Assembly (NCBI GenBank): GCA_903831305.1
Contig: CAIKXE010000004.1
Location: forward strand, 9,026-73,025
Origin: an uncultured bacterium
GTDB lineage: Bacteria > Patescibacteriota > Minisyncoccia > Phycocordibacterales > GWA1-40-21
Reading direction: 5' to 3'
DNA length: 64,000 bases
Numbering within the stretch: the stretch's first letter is position 1; each line of letters starts with the position of its first letter. A program made the translations under genes and the position numbers. Positions 10,349-21,500 of the stretch are shown here, piece after piece. Below the pieces are notes generated by a model. The model did no database searches. It saw nothing but the letters and a program-made list of their open reading frames with translations, and was not told the DNA's origin.

Positions 10349-10975
10349 ATGAAGAGTTCTTGGCCTAAAAAAAATAATCTTCAAGCTGGTTTTACCCTTA
10401 CCGAGATTTTAGTCGTTTCCTTTATCCTAGTCATTGTTGGCATAGCAATTGTCAACTTTCAAATAGATCTTTTCTCTTTAAACAAAGTTTCCAGTGATAA
10501 TATTGTAGTCCAAGAAGAAGCCAGAAGGGTACTCAAGGCCCTCACGGCCGAGGCCCGCGGTATGTCACCCTCCAATATGGGGGCATATGCTTTAGCCGAG
10601 ATTGGCACTTCTACAATTACCTTTTATACCAATACAGATAATGATACACTCCAAGAACGTGTCCGCTACTTTTTGGCTGGTACTACCCTTAAAAAAGGTG
10701 TCATTGAGCCAACGGGTACTCCGCTAACTTACAATACAAATAATGAAGTGATACGTGAGGTAGTGCACGACATAGCCAACGGTACAACTTCTATTTTCAC
10801 TTTTTTTGATACTAATTATGACGGCACATCACCCGCTTTATCAGAACCAATCAACCTACCGAGCATCCGTCTAATTAAAATAAACCTCATCATTGATCGT
10901 GACCCACTAAAGTTGCCGGCTCCTTTATCTATGACGACACAAGTATCTATGCGTAATCTCAAAGACAATCTATGA
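10349..10975 (+). CDS. Minor pilin / pseudopilin-like protein (prepilin N-terminal domain)
   Basis: LQAGFTLTEILVVSFILVIVGIAI is a G|FTLxE prepilin motif. At 208 aa it is the size of PilW/GspJ-like minor pilins. Confidence 0.6.
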   Translation: MKSSWPKKNNLQAGFTLTEILVVSFILVIVGIAIVNFQIDLFSLNKVSSDNIVVQEEARRVLKALTAEARGMSPSNMGAYALAEIGTSTITFYTNTDNDTLQERVRYFLAGTTLKKGVIEPTGTPLTYNTNNEVIREVVHDIANGTTSIFTFFDTNYDGTSPALSEPINLPSIRLIKINLIIDRDPLKLPAPLSMTTQVSMRNLKDNL

Positions 10976-12393
10976 TTATAAAAAAAATAAAAAAACGGGG
11001 CTATATTCTGATACAAGTAATTATCTTTGCTTCTATTTCTACTTATATTCTAGGGGCCCTGATCAGCTGGGCCGCCACTGATATCAAAGCCTCCAAACAA
11101 GCGGCTGACCGCGAGCTTGCCATCCAGATAGCTGAAGCCGGCATTGATTATTATCGTTGGCATTTAGCACATGCCCCGACAGACTATCAAGACGGCACTG
11201 AGCAAACCAGCACCTATATCCATGATTTTTTAGATAAAAATGGCACAGCCATCGGTCAATTTGCTCTAGATATTACACCGCCACCACTTGGATCAAGTCT
11301 AGTAACCATCAGATCCACTGGCAGTGTTTTAAAGACTCCAAATCTGACAAGGACGATTCAGGTCAAGTTAGCCAAGCCATCTATGGCCAAATTTGCCGTA
11401 GTGGCCAATGACTACATGCGCTTTGGAGAAGGAACGGAAGTTTTTGGTCCGATTCACTCTAACAAAGGTATTCGTTTTGATGGGCTAGCCCACAACATAG
11501 TTTCCAGTTCTGTCATTACGGCTAATGACCCGGACCATACAGGCAATGAAGAATTTGGGGTCCACACCCATGTCACTCCCACTGATCCTCTGCCACCGGC
11601 CAGTATACCAGACCGCTCAGATATTTTTGAAACCGGCCGGGCCGTGGGTATATCAGAAACTGATTTTGATGGAATTACTGGTGATATCTCTCAAATAAAA
11701 ACTCTAGCTCAGGAAGCAACTGGTTTTTGGCGCGCGGGCTCTGGTGCTTTAGGCTATCACGTAATACTGAAAACCAATGACACTTTTGACCTCAAACAAG
11801 TAAACACCATCACAACTGTGAGTTCCTGCAGTGAAAAATGGAGTATCGGCACGGAAACTCTTTTGGGTAATTTTCCTTTCCCGGCTAACGGGATAATATT
11901 TTTGGAAGACCATATTTGGGTGGATGGTAAGATAGATAGTGGCAAGCTCACCATCGTCGCGGCGACTCTACCAGAAAACGCCTCCACCTTGAGAAACATT
12001 ATAGTTAATAATGATTTATTATATACAAAATATGACGGTACGGACGTTATTGGTCTAATTGCTCAGAATAATATTTTGGTTGGTCTTGTTAGTGAGGATG
12101 ATTTACGAATCGATAGCGCCCTGATGGCTCAAAAGGGCAAAGTGGCTAGACTCTCATACAGCCAATCTTGTTCCTCAACTTATTATACGCGCCAGACCAT
12201 TACTCTGTGGGGCATGATTGCCTCCAATGTCAGATATGGTTTTGCTTGGGTTAATATTTCAACTAATCAGTTTATCTCCGGATATGTTAATCGTATTTTA
12301 TATTATGATAGTAATCTACTCTACAGCCCACCACCGAGCTTTCCCCTCACTTCAGACCAATATGTCACTCTCTCTTGGGAGGAGATAAAATAA
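10972..12393 (+). CDS. Pilus-assembly-associated protein (PilX-like N-terminal hydrophobic segment), hypothetical
   Basis: 473 aa. One N-terminal TM segment (GYILIQVIIFASISTYILGALIS). It overlaps the upstream minor pilin by 4 nt, which suggests translational coupling. I recognise no catalytic motifs. Confidence 0.45.
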   Translation: MIIKKIKKRGYILIQVIIFASISTYILGALISWAATDIKASKQAADRELAIQIAEAGIDYYRWHLAHAPTDYQDGTEQTSTYIHDFLDKNGTAIGQFALDITPPPLGSSLVTIRSTGSVLKTPNLTRTIQVKLAKPSMAKFAVVANDYMRFGEGTEVFGPIHSNKGIRFDGLAHNIVSSSVITANDPDHTGNEEFGVHTHVTPTDPLPPASIPDRSDIFETGRAVGISETDFDGITGDISQIKTLAQEATGFWRAGSGALGYHVILKTNDTFDLKQVNTITTVSSCSEKWSIGTETLLGNFPFPANGIIFLEDHIWVDGKIDSGKLTIVAATLPENASTLRNIIVNNDLLYTKYDGTDVIGLIAQNNILVGLVSEDDLRIDSALMAQKGKVARLSYSQSCSSTYYTRQTITLWGMIASNVRYGFAWVNISTNQFISGYVNRILYYDSNLLYSPPPSFPLTSDQYVTLSWEEIK

Positions 12394-12398
12394 GAAAA

Positions 12399-12468
12399 AT
12401 TACCTAAAAAAGTCTCTCTCCACTTAACACCAGAACTAATCGTTCCGTGAGACTTTTTTGGGTAATTT
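12399..12468 (+). terminator. Intrinsic terminator hairpin with a family-E conserved loop (TTAAC..CAGAACTAATCG)
   Basis: attacctaaaaaagtctc...gagacttttttgggtaat. The stem is followed by a T-tract, and the loop carries cacttaacaccagaactaatcgttccg. Confidence 0.5.
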
Positions 12469-12476
12469 AGTAGGTA

Positions 12477-13703
12477 TTACACATTATCCATCACGGAGTA
12501 GATCGGCGCCACCATAGATAGAGCAAAGAAGCCCACCGCCGCCCCAATAATGACCATGAGTACTGGTTCAATAATCGTAGAGAGATCTTTGGTTCTTTCC
12601 TCCACATCTAGTTCATAAAAAATAGCTACCTCAGTCAGCATATTGGACATATTTCCTGTCTCCTCCCCCACGCCCATCATCTCCCCCACAAAGGTCGGAT
12701 AATACTTAGGATTTTTCATAAAAATTGCTGAAATATTTTCTCCCTTCTCCACCGCCTTAGAGGCATCGTCTAGCACTTGCTTATAATAATGGTTTGTTAC
12801 AATATCTTTGGTAATCAAAATAGATTGAGCAATGGGGACGCCCGCCGTCAAAAGTGAGGCCAACGTTCTAGCTACCCGAGCCGAGTTAGCCTCCATAATC
12901 AAGTCCCCCACTACTGGTAATCTGATGACTAAATAATCCCTTAGATTTTTACCCATCATAGTTTTTAAAAAGAGATAAGTACCTGAGACCGCACCAATAA
13001 TAAATAAAATAGTTAAAATCCAGTGCCCCACCAAAAAGTCACTAAGTCCAATGATAACCCGGGTGGTAAAAGGTAATTCTGTATTTAGCTCCTTAAAAGT
13101 AGCAGTAATCCCTGGCACCACAAAGATAAACATCAGTATCCCGACGATGATCATCACAGTCACAATCACCGCTGGATAGATCATGGCTCCCTTTACTTTT
13201 TTCTGCAAACGGTAGGTCTTATCCATTTGCAAAGCCACATTACCCAAGGCATCAGACAAGCCACCGCTCTCCTCACCGGCCTTGGCCATAAAAATAAAAA
13301 GATTGGAAAAAATATTTGGATAACCCCGGAGTGATTCACTTAAAGTTTTACCTTTTTTGATTTCAAGATTAATACCTTCTACAATATTTTTTAGCCGGCC
13401 GGGCTTGCTCTGTCTTTCAATTACTGATAAGGCTCGGCTCAGGGACAGTCCAGACCTGGTCATCGCTGATAAATTTTTTGCAAAAGAAATCTTTTGGGCG
13501 ATGGAAACACCACCCAAGAAACTGAAAATTTTATAAAAATATACCTGCCATTTGGTATGGCTGATTTCCTTAGCTGAAATCAGAACACTACCCTCGGCCT
13601 TGAGGTCATTATATAAGTTAAATTTGCTTTGGGCTTCAACCACCCCTTCGTAACGCTCACCACTTTTTTTTATAGCGCTGAATTTAAAATGCATTTTATT
13701 CAC
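12477..13703 (-). CDS. pilC: Type IV pilus assembly platform protein PilC / T2SS GspF family
   Basis: 408 aa. Duplicated GspF domain architecture with three TM segments. It overlaps pilB by 8 nt. Confidence 0.85.
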   Translation of the reverse strand: MNKMHFKFSAIKKSGERYEGVVEAQSKFNLYNDLKAEGSVLISAKEISHTKWQVYFYKIFSFLGGVSIAQKISFAKNLSAMTRSGLSLSRALSVIERQSKPGRLKNIVEGINLEIKKGKTLSESLRGYPNIFSNLFIFMAKAGEESGGLSDALGNVALQMDKTYRLQKKVKGAMIYPAVIVTVMIIVGILMFIFVVPGITATFKELNTELPFTTRVIIGLSDFLVGHWILTILFIIGAVSGTYLFLKTMMGKNLRDYLVIRLPVVGDLIMEANSARVARTLASLLTAGVPIAQSILITKDIVTNHYYKQVLDDASKAVEKGENISAIFMKNPKYYPTFVGEMMGVGEETGNMSNMLTEVAIFYELDVEERTKDLSTIIEPVLMVIIGAAVGFFALSMVAPIYSVMDNV

Positions 13704-15453
13704 TTATTACCCGAAGCACTTCCTCGATCGTCGTTACCCCCTGGACCGCTTTAAAAATACCATCTTCAATCATACTGATCATCCCCTCTTTTTTAGCCTG
13801 CTCGTTTATTACATGGTCAGGCTCGCCCCGCACCACGAGTTCCTTGATAGTGGGAGTCATCTTTAGCACCTCACAGATACATACCCGCCCACCATAACCA
13901 TCTTTGGATTCAGCTGACTCCTTTGGTTTATAAAAAGGAATAGTTTCGATCGTTTCTTTATCTCCAATTATTTTTTCCTTCTGCAAAAACTCCAGCACCC
14001 GTTTAATATCAATAATCTTGGCCAAGGAGGCTACTTCAGATTTTGACAAAAAGTATTTTTCTTTATTGGCACTTAACCGACGAATGAGCCTTTGAGCAAT
14101 AATCACCTTCACCGTTGAAACAATGAGAAAAGGCTCAATCTTCATGTCCACCAGACGGGGCATAGCCCCAGCCGCCGAATTAGTGTGTAAAGTGGAAAGA
14201 ACCAAGTGCCCAGTCAAAGCCGCATTAATAGCCAGAGAAGCCGTTTCATTATCACGAATTTCTCCGACCATGATGATATCTGGATCCTGACGAACTAAAG
14301 AACGCAAACCATTGGCAAAAGTAAAACCAATTTCTGGTTTGACCTGGGTTTGGTTTATCCGATCCATCTGATACTCTACCGGATCTTCAATGGTAGAAAT
14401 ATTCACATCAGCGGTATTTAAAATATCAAGCAAGGTATAAAGCGTGGTCGTTTTACCGGAACCAGTGGGACCGGTTGTCAATATAAGACCGGTAGTCTGC
14501 TTGATCGCCTCATGTAAAATTTCTAAGGCCTCACCATGAAAACCCATGGCTTCCAAAGTAAAACCAGAAACATTTTCTCGTAACAATCGCATAACCGCCT
14601 TCTCACCAAAATAAGTCGGCAAGATAGAAACACGAAAGGATACCCCCTCTCCATTCACCTCCATTTTAAACCGGCCGTCTTGAGGCAAGCGCTTTTCATC
14701 TAGCTTCAAACTGGCGAGTACTTTGATTCTAGCAATGATACTAGAGGCCACACTTTTTGGCAAAACCATAGCGTCATGCAAAATACCGTCAATCCGGTAA
14801 CGGATCAGTAATTCGTTCTCCAAAACTTCAATGTGAATATCAGAAGCATTTTGTAGAATGGAGTGCTTGAGCAAAGTATCCAAAATACGAATCACCGGTA
14901 AATCCTCTGCCATCTTCTTCAAATCTTCCCCCGTACTACCTACTCCCCGATTATCAATCAGACTCTTAAGCGCCACCGCATCTTTCTGAATAATGTCACC
15001 AAACTCCGCCCGTAAACTTTTCTGATATTGTAACAAAGCGCTTTTGATAGAGTCACTATCTGTCAAACGCAATAGTATTTTCAAGCCAACCTTCTTTTTT
15101 ATAAACTCAATAGATGATAGATCCTTGGTATCAAGCATGGCCACTTCCAAAGTATCACCCTCGCGCCTAAAAGCAATAGCATTATTTTTTCTGGCCACTG
15201 GTTCAGGGATCAACGCTAAAATAACCGGATCAATTTTTTGCCCTTTCAGACTGACAAACGGAATACCTAGGACGTAAGCCTCAGCCCGCCGAAAATCATC
15301 CTCGCTAATCTTGGCATTGTTTATGAGCACGTGGCCAACGGTCAATTTATTTTTACTCCTGCCGGCTTCAGCCATAGCATTTTCATAATCTAGTTCAGTA
15401 ATTAAACCAGAGTCTAAAAGAAATTCCTTGAGCTGCTTTTCTTGAACGATCAT
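13696..15453 (-). CDS. pilB: Type IV pilus assembly ATPase PilB / GspE family
   Basis: 585 aa. Walker A LILTTGPTGSGKTTTLY, a GspE N-terminal domain, and Asp/His boxes. Confidence 0.85.
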   Translation of the reverse strand: MIVQEKQLKEFLLDSGLITELDYENAMAEAGRSKNKLTVGHVLINNAKISEDDFRRAEAYVLGIPFVSLKGQKIDPVILALIPEPVARKNNAIAFRREGDTLEVAMLDTKDLSSIEFIKKKVGLKILLRLTDSDSIKSALLQYQKSLRAEFGDIIQKDAVALKSLIDNRGVGSTGEDLKKMAEDLPVIRILDTLLKHSILQNASDIHIEVLENELLIRYRIDGILHDAMVLPKSVASSIIARIKVLASLKLDEKRLPQDGRFKMEVNGEGVSFRVSILPTYFGEKAVMRLLRENVSGFTLEAMGFHGEALEILHEAIKQTTGLILTTGPTGSGKTTTLYTLLDILNTADVNISTIEDPVEYQMDRINQTQVKPEIGFTFANGLRSLVRQDPDIIMVGEIRDNETASLAINAALTGHLVLSTLHTNSAAGAMPRLVDMKIEPFLIVSTVKVIIAQRLIRRLSANKEKYFLSKSEVASLAKIIDIKRVLEFLQKEKIIGDKETIETIPFYKPKESAESKDGYGGRVCICEVLKMTPTIKELVVRGEPDHVINEQAKKEGMISMIEDGIFKAVQGVTTIEEVLRVISE

Positions 15454-15557
15454 TTGTTTTAATTATACCGCAAATTCCTTTCTCAAGCAAAACAAAAATC
15501 TCATTTCCCTATCCAGAAATGAGATTTTTGTTTTCACTAATAGTTTACAGGCTAAAA

Positions 15558-18500
15558 CTAAAATTCTGAATTTGATCCACCGCTCTCCACAACCGTGACA
15601 GAAGGATTATTACTACAATAAGCGACCTTAGTACCATCAGTTACCTTAGCGGTTACTGTATTTAGTCCCGTGGTCCTTAAGAAATAATAATATGTATTAT
15701 CAGTACTTGAGCCAGAAATCGGTGTGCCGTGCGGATTGGCCACCGTAATAGGATTATTTCTATTAATTATATACCAAGAGTATTGATACGTCCCGTCTGG
15801 CCCATAGACAGTAGCGGTCCAAAGGGAGTTAGAACCTCGATTGATGATGGGTGAGCTTGGGCTAGTTAATTCCACAGTACAGCTCAAGTCACTTCCTGGG
15901 ACACCCGAGCAATAAGAAATAGTCGTTCCTTTAGTACAAGTCCAATCCCCACTAATATATGGTGATTGGGAGGGGGTAGCACCCCCTATACATTCACCAG
16001 CAGTAGAGCTACAATAATCACCCTCATCCGGATTACCACCGCAGTTCTCGGTACAAGAGACCTCACAAGCTGGACAACTACCACCACAATCCACATCAGT
16101 TTCGTTACCATTTTTTTGACCGTCAGTACAAGTTGGAGACGGTGGAGTGGTAACACTCAAATTAGGACAACCAGCACTTAAAGTTTCAGTTCCACTATTA
16201 ATAGTGGAAGTAGCGGTATAATTCTTAACAGAAGTATAGGAAGTATTAACGACACTGGTAGTAGCACCATTAATATTCGTCCCTGCCCAAAGATAAGTAT
16301 ACGCTCCAATTCCACCAGTAGAGGTAGCGGTCCAAGTGACGGTTTGACCAGTAAGAGCAGTAGCTGGAGTGACAGAACAAGAAGCAGTAAGATGATCCCT
16401 AACTATAACATTGTTTTCGCTAGCACTATTAACACAGTTAGCTGAAGAAGTTTCCGTCCCCCTTGTGATTGTAGCAATACCATAATATGTTCCAGCGGTG
16501 GCATATGAGGTGGTGACGATGGCGGTGTTCTTGCCTGTCAAATTTGTACCGGCCCAGCTATAGGTATAGGCTCCGACTCCACCAGTAGAGGTAGCGGTCC
16601 AGGTCACAGTATCACCAGTGAGGACAGTAGCTGGAGCAACGGTACAGGAGACGGTAAAGGTTCCTGATTTGGTAGCTGAACAAGAAACTTCATTCCCTTG
16701 ATTAGCACAGGTCCAGCTCCAAGAATCAGTACCATCCGAGACGACACCTGAGGTACCAATACTACATTTTTCCGCCAGGGTGCTTGGGGCAGTGGTTCTC
16801 GTAGTCCCATTTGCACTACCACAAGAAGGATAAACGACTGGTGGTGGGGTAAAGGTTGCATTTATTGTGGTGTTAGTATTCAAAACAAAACCACAACCAC
16901 CAGTACCCGTACAACCACCGCCAGACCAACCCTGAAAGGAAGCACCACTGTCAGGTGTAGCTGTTAAAGCAATAGTTGTGCCGACGGGGAAAGTCACGAC
17001 ACAATCCGTAGCTGCAGGTCCACAGAGAATCATGGTGGTGGCGTCAGAGACAATACCGGGGCCAACTCTGTTTATACTCAAAGTCGCGGTTTCCGGAACT
17101 ACAACAGCCGAAGCCGAACAGGTGGAAACATAACAATTATTACTACAAGACCAAGTCCAAGGTCCAGTAGAACCTCCCACCACAGCACTTGCCGTACCAA
17201 TATCACATTTTTCTGTATCAGTATTTGGGGCGGTAGTTCTAGCAGTACCGTTTGCACTACCACAATAAGTGTTTGCTGGCTCAGTAGGAGTATCCATGCA
17301 AGCCGAACACTGTGCATTTAAACCACCATATCGCCCATTACAGTCCCATTTATATGTAGCTCCTTCGTCAGCAACATCAACAAAATCTCCTGTAGGACAA
17401 GTGTCTTTTGGCACACCACAAGTACCATCCACACCGTTAGTCTGTATCTCACAAGAAGAAGTAGCTGTTTTATTATTTACCGAATCTATAACTTTTATGT
17501 TAGCGATGTACTTGGTCGTGCCAGTGACAATATTCTGCAAGAAAGTGGCTGAAGTAGAACTCAGATCACCATTCCAGAAATAATTTGGATTACCGGTGTT
17601 ATAAGAGGTAGCCAGCCAAGAAATCTTTCCACTTGGAATATTTAACGGATCATCATAATATCTAGTACCAGAACAAGAAACCGTTGGGTCTGGAGTAATA
17701 GTCACATGATTATCACATGAAACGGTATATTCATTGGCATCCTGATCAGTCACTGTCACTTGACCATAATAGTCATCAGCCTCAGAGTATGAAGTAGTGG
17801 CGGCAGCGGAGTTGTTGCCAGTCAGATTAGGGCCTACCCAGCTATAAGTATAATCCCCAACTCCCCCAGTAGGAGTAGCCGTCCAAGTGACTGTCTCACC
17901 AATGGCCGCCGTAGATGGACTAACCGAACAAGAAGCTAAAAGTGGGGCCGCCGGGAAAGTCGTACTACAAGATGAAACGTAGCCAGCCGAGGAACATGTC
18001 CATGTCCAAGGAGCATCAATGCCACCAGTGATATCACTAGGGATACCGACTCTACATTTTTCTTCATTAGTGCTTGGAGCAATAGCTGTGGTGGTGGCAT
18101 TAAAAGTACCACAATAAGCAGGTGGTGGTACAGGTGGTGGCGTGACAGTACAAGTCACACTACTTGTTACTTCAGTACAAGTCCAATTCCAAGGACCGTT
18201 GGCATCACCATTTATAGCACTAGCAATACCGACCTGACACTTTTCTTCAGCCGTGTCTGGAGGAGTAGAACGGTCAATACCAGCCGGACGTACCTCATCA
18301 GCAACAGTACCACAGGCAGGATTACAAGGGTTTGATGGTGCACCGAACACCCCTACTGATAGAGCGGACTCTTTAGCTCCTAGATATGAACTGACCATGA
18401 ATAAATCAGTGGCTGAAGACGTGGCGGTGGTAGAAGTGGCGGTAGTGGTAGCGATGCGATTTGTCCCCTTGTAAACGTAATAACCGGTAACACCAGGGAC

Positions 18501-21500
18501 GGTACTCCACCTAATGGTGGTATAACCACCACACTGGCCAGCCGACTCGGCAGTAATAGTAGTAGGTGGACAAGGGGCCGAAGGCACACCATGGACAGCA
18601 CTAGATGATGTAGACTCCTGAGTGCCGAGATATGATCTGACAGTAAAGGTATCAGTGGTGGAGGCCAATAGTGTATAGGCAAGAACGGGCGTAGTAACAA
18701 GAGGGGTGGTCTCAGTACCACGATAGACTTTGTAACCAGTAGTTCCAGGAACTGGGCGCCAAGAAAGAGTGGTGTACCCGCCACACTGGGCAGCAGTGGC
18801 GACAAGGCTAGTTGGCGCCCCAAGATTAAATTGAGCAGTAACAGTAGTGGAGGTACTCATAGTAAAGGTACAAGTGAGAGCTGTTCCACTGCAGACTCCT
18901 CCCTGCCAACCGACAAAAATATGACCAGCGGTGGAGGTGGCAGTGAGAGTGACGGTAGTACCATTAATAACCGAAGTAGAAGTAGCTAAACAAGTTGCCC
19001 CGCAGATAACTCCTCCACCAGACACTGTACCAGTTCCCGTTCCAGTTTTGGTGACAGTTAGGGTAGAGGTACAAGGTCCTGAAGGAACTGCGGTTGCCGA
19101 ACTCGAAAATGCAGACTCTGCATTACCATTGTCAACGGCTTTAACTCGAAAAGTTTGTCCAGCTGTACTACTTGCCACATAAGAAATGTTGACAGTATAA
19201 CGAAGAAGTGTAAAAACAACATCGTTACTACTGACATAGATATTGTATCCTTTAGCACCAGGAATAGTGCCCCAGTTTAGAGAAATATTTCCCCCGCAAG
19301 AGGCAGAAGTAGTAGCCGTAAGATTAGGTGCTCCAAGGCCAAACCTGGCAAAAACAGTAGTGGTTGTACTCATAGTAAAGGTACAAGTAAGAGCTGTGCC
19401 ACTACATCCCCCTCCTGACCAGCCGACAAAGGCACTACCAGTAGTAGGGGTGGCCGTGAGAGTGACAGTAGTACCATTAATAACCGAAGTAGAAGTCGCT
19501 AAGCAACCGGCTCCGCAAGAGATTCCTCCACCAGACACTGTACCAGTTCCCGTTCCGATTTTAGTGACGGTTAGGGTAGAGGTACATGAAACAGAAGGGA
19601 TAGGTGATACTGAGTTTGAGGCGAGTGACTCGGTTTGACCAACATCAACAGCCTTAACTTGAAAATATTGTCCAGTGCTACTTGCTATGTAAGAAGTGGC
19701 GGGAGTCTCATAAAGAGGAGTAAAAACCACGCCATCAATACTTTTATAAATATGATATCCAGCTGCTCCGGGTATAGCGTCCCAGTTTAAAGAAATGTTT
19801 CCCCCGCAAGAGGCAGAAGTAGTAGCCGTAAGATTAGGTGCTCCAAGGCCAAACCTGGCAAAAACAGTAGTGGTTGTACTCATAGTAAAGGTACAAGTGA
19901 GAGCGGTGCCACTGCACCCCCCTCCAGACCAGCCGATAAAAGTGTTTCCAGGAATTGGATTAGCGGTGAGTATAATATCAGCACCAGGAATTACGGTAAT
20001 ACTTGCATTCTTACAATCGGCATCACAATTAATTACTGGAGTAACAGGAATACTAGAAGTACTGGTGACCAAACCAGTTCCAGATGATCCACTTTTACTA
20101 ACAGTTAAGACAGGGTATGGGAGAGAACAGGTAGTACTGGCACCGCCATACTGACCATTACAAGTCCAAAACGAAGTATCAGCAGTGTCTTCCGTATTAG
20201 TAAAAGTGCCTTCAATAGCACAGGTATTTACAACCAACGGCAGACTACAAGCACCAGCGACGGGAACGGGACAAGGAGCTGATGGCACACCATTTACAGA
20301 ATTTGATGATACAGATTCTTGAGTATCAAGATATGATCTGACAGTAAAAGTATCCGTAGTAGAGGCTAATAGAGTATAGCTAGTAACCGTGGTGGTAACG
20401 AGAGGGGTGGTTTCCGTTCCACGATAGACTTTGTAACCAGTAACACCAGTAACCGGCTGCCAAGAAAGAGTGGTAAAGCCTCCACACTGACCTGGGGTGG
20501 CTTGGGCGGTGAGCGAACTAGGTGCAGAAATAGTTTTATACTGACAATTACTAACAATGGCTGGACAGATAAAAACTTCCGACCAAGTACCACCTACGTT
20601 TGTTATTGTCTCCGAACAAGCAATACCATTTGGAGGAATTTTCCCAGCACAGGGAATATAAGGATCTATTACTACTTCACAAGTAGAAGACGCCGAAATT
20701 GAGGAACTATCAGTAGCGGTTACTTCAACAGTATAACGAGTCTTGGTCTGACTATTATATTCCTGCCAAACAGTATTCAATGAATCACCAGGGAGACTAT
20801 TGAGCAAGCTTGTTGGATCACCCTTCCACGTATAGGTGTAAGGAGCGTCTCCATTGGAAGCAGATGCCGTCCACTGAAGAGCATCACCATAATTTTCATC
20901 ATATGAAGACTTACCTAAATACGAACAACTAACATCAAGCCCAGGCCCAACGACAACTTGATTTGAACAGTTACTAAAACTTTCCTTATTTGCCTGATCA
21001 ATCACTTTTACAGAAAAAGCATATGTCCCAGGAGTAGAATAAACAATAGTGGTATTTGCGCTGCTAGTCGTGGCCATTTCTAAACCACTACGCTCATCTG
21101 TAAAGCGATACCGGTATGGAGCTGTTCCATCTGTAGCCACAGCCGTCCAGGTAACCAGTTGCCCCACCTTAGCTGAAGACCTGTTTGCGGAACAAGAAAC
21201 TTTAGGGCTAGGAATAGGGGTAGGGGTAATGATACACGGAGCGGAAGGCACAGCAGTAGCAAAATTGGAAAAGGGTATGTTAGCCGGATCTACTCCCGTT
21301 ATTAGTGGTTTAATGGCAAAGGAGTCTCCAATGACCGCATTTAACTCATATGAAATACCCGTTACTGTAGAAACAAAAACGGTTCCCGACGCATTTTTTT
21401 TATAAACCTGATAACTTGTTATACCCGGAACAGAATTCCAGTTTAAAATAACAAAACCATCACAAACGTCAGATGTTTTTGCCCTAATCTCTACAGGTGG

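Noticed and set aside
15966-21405. Numerous 60-150-aa ORFs on both strands inside the giant gene (for example 16604..16861, 17269..17583, 18380..18823, 19243..19638, 19795..20154, 21049..21405)
   Set aside because: They are shadow ORFs within a long coding region that has biased composition and internal repeats. None has start-codon context. The paired identical N-termini simply reflect the DNA tandem repeat.
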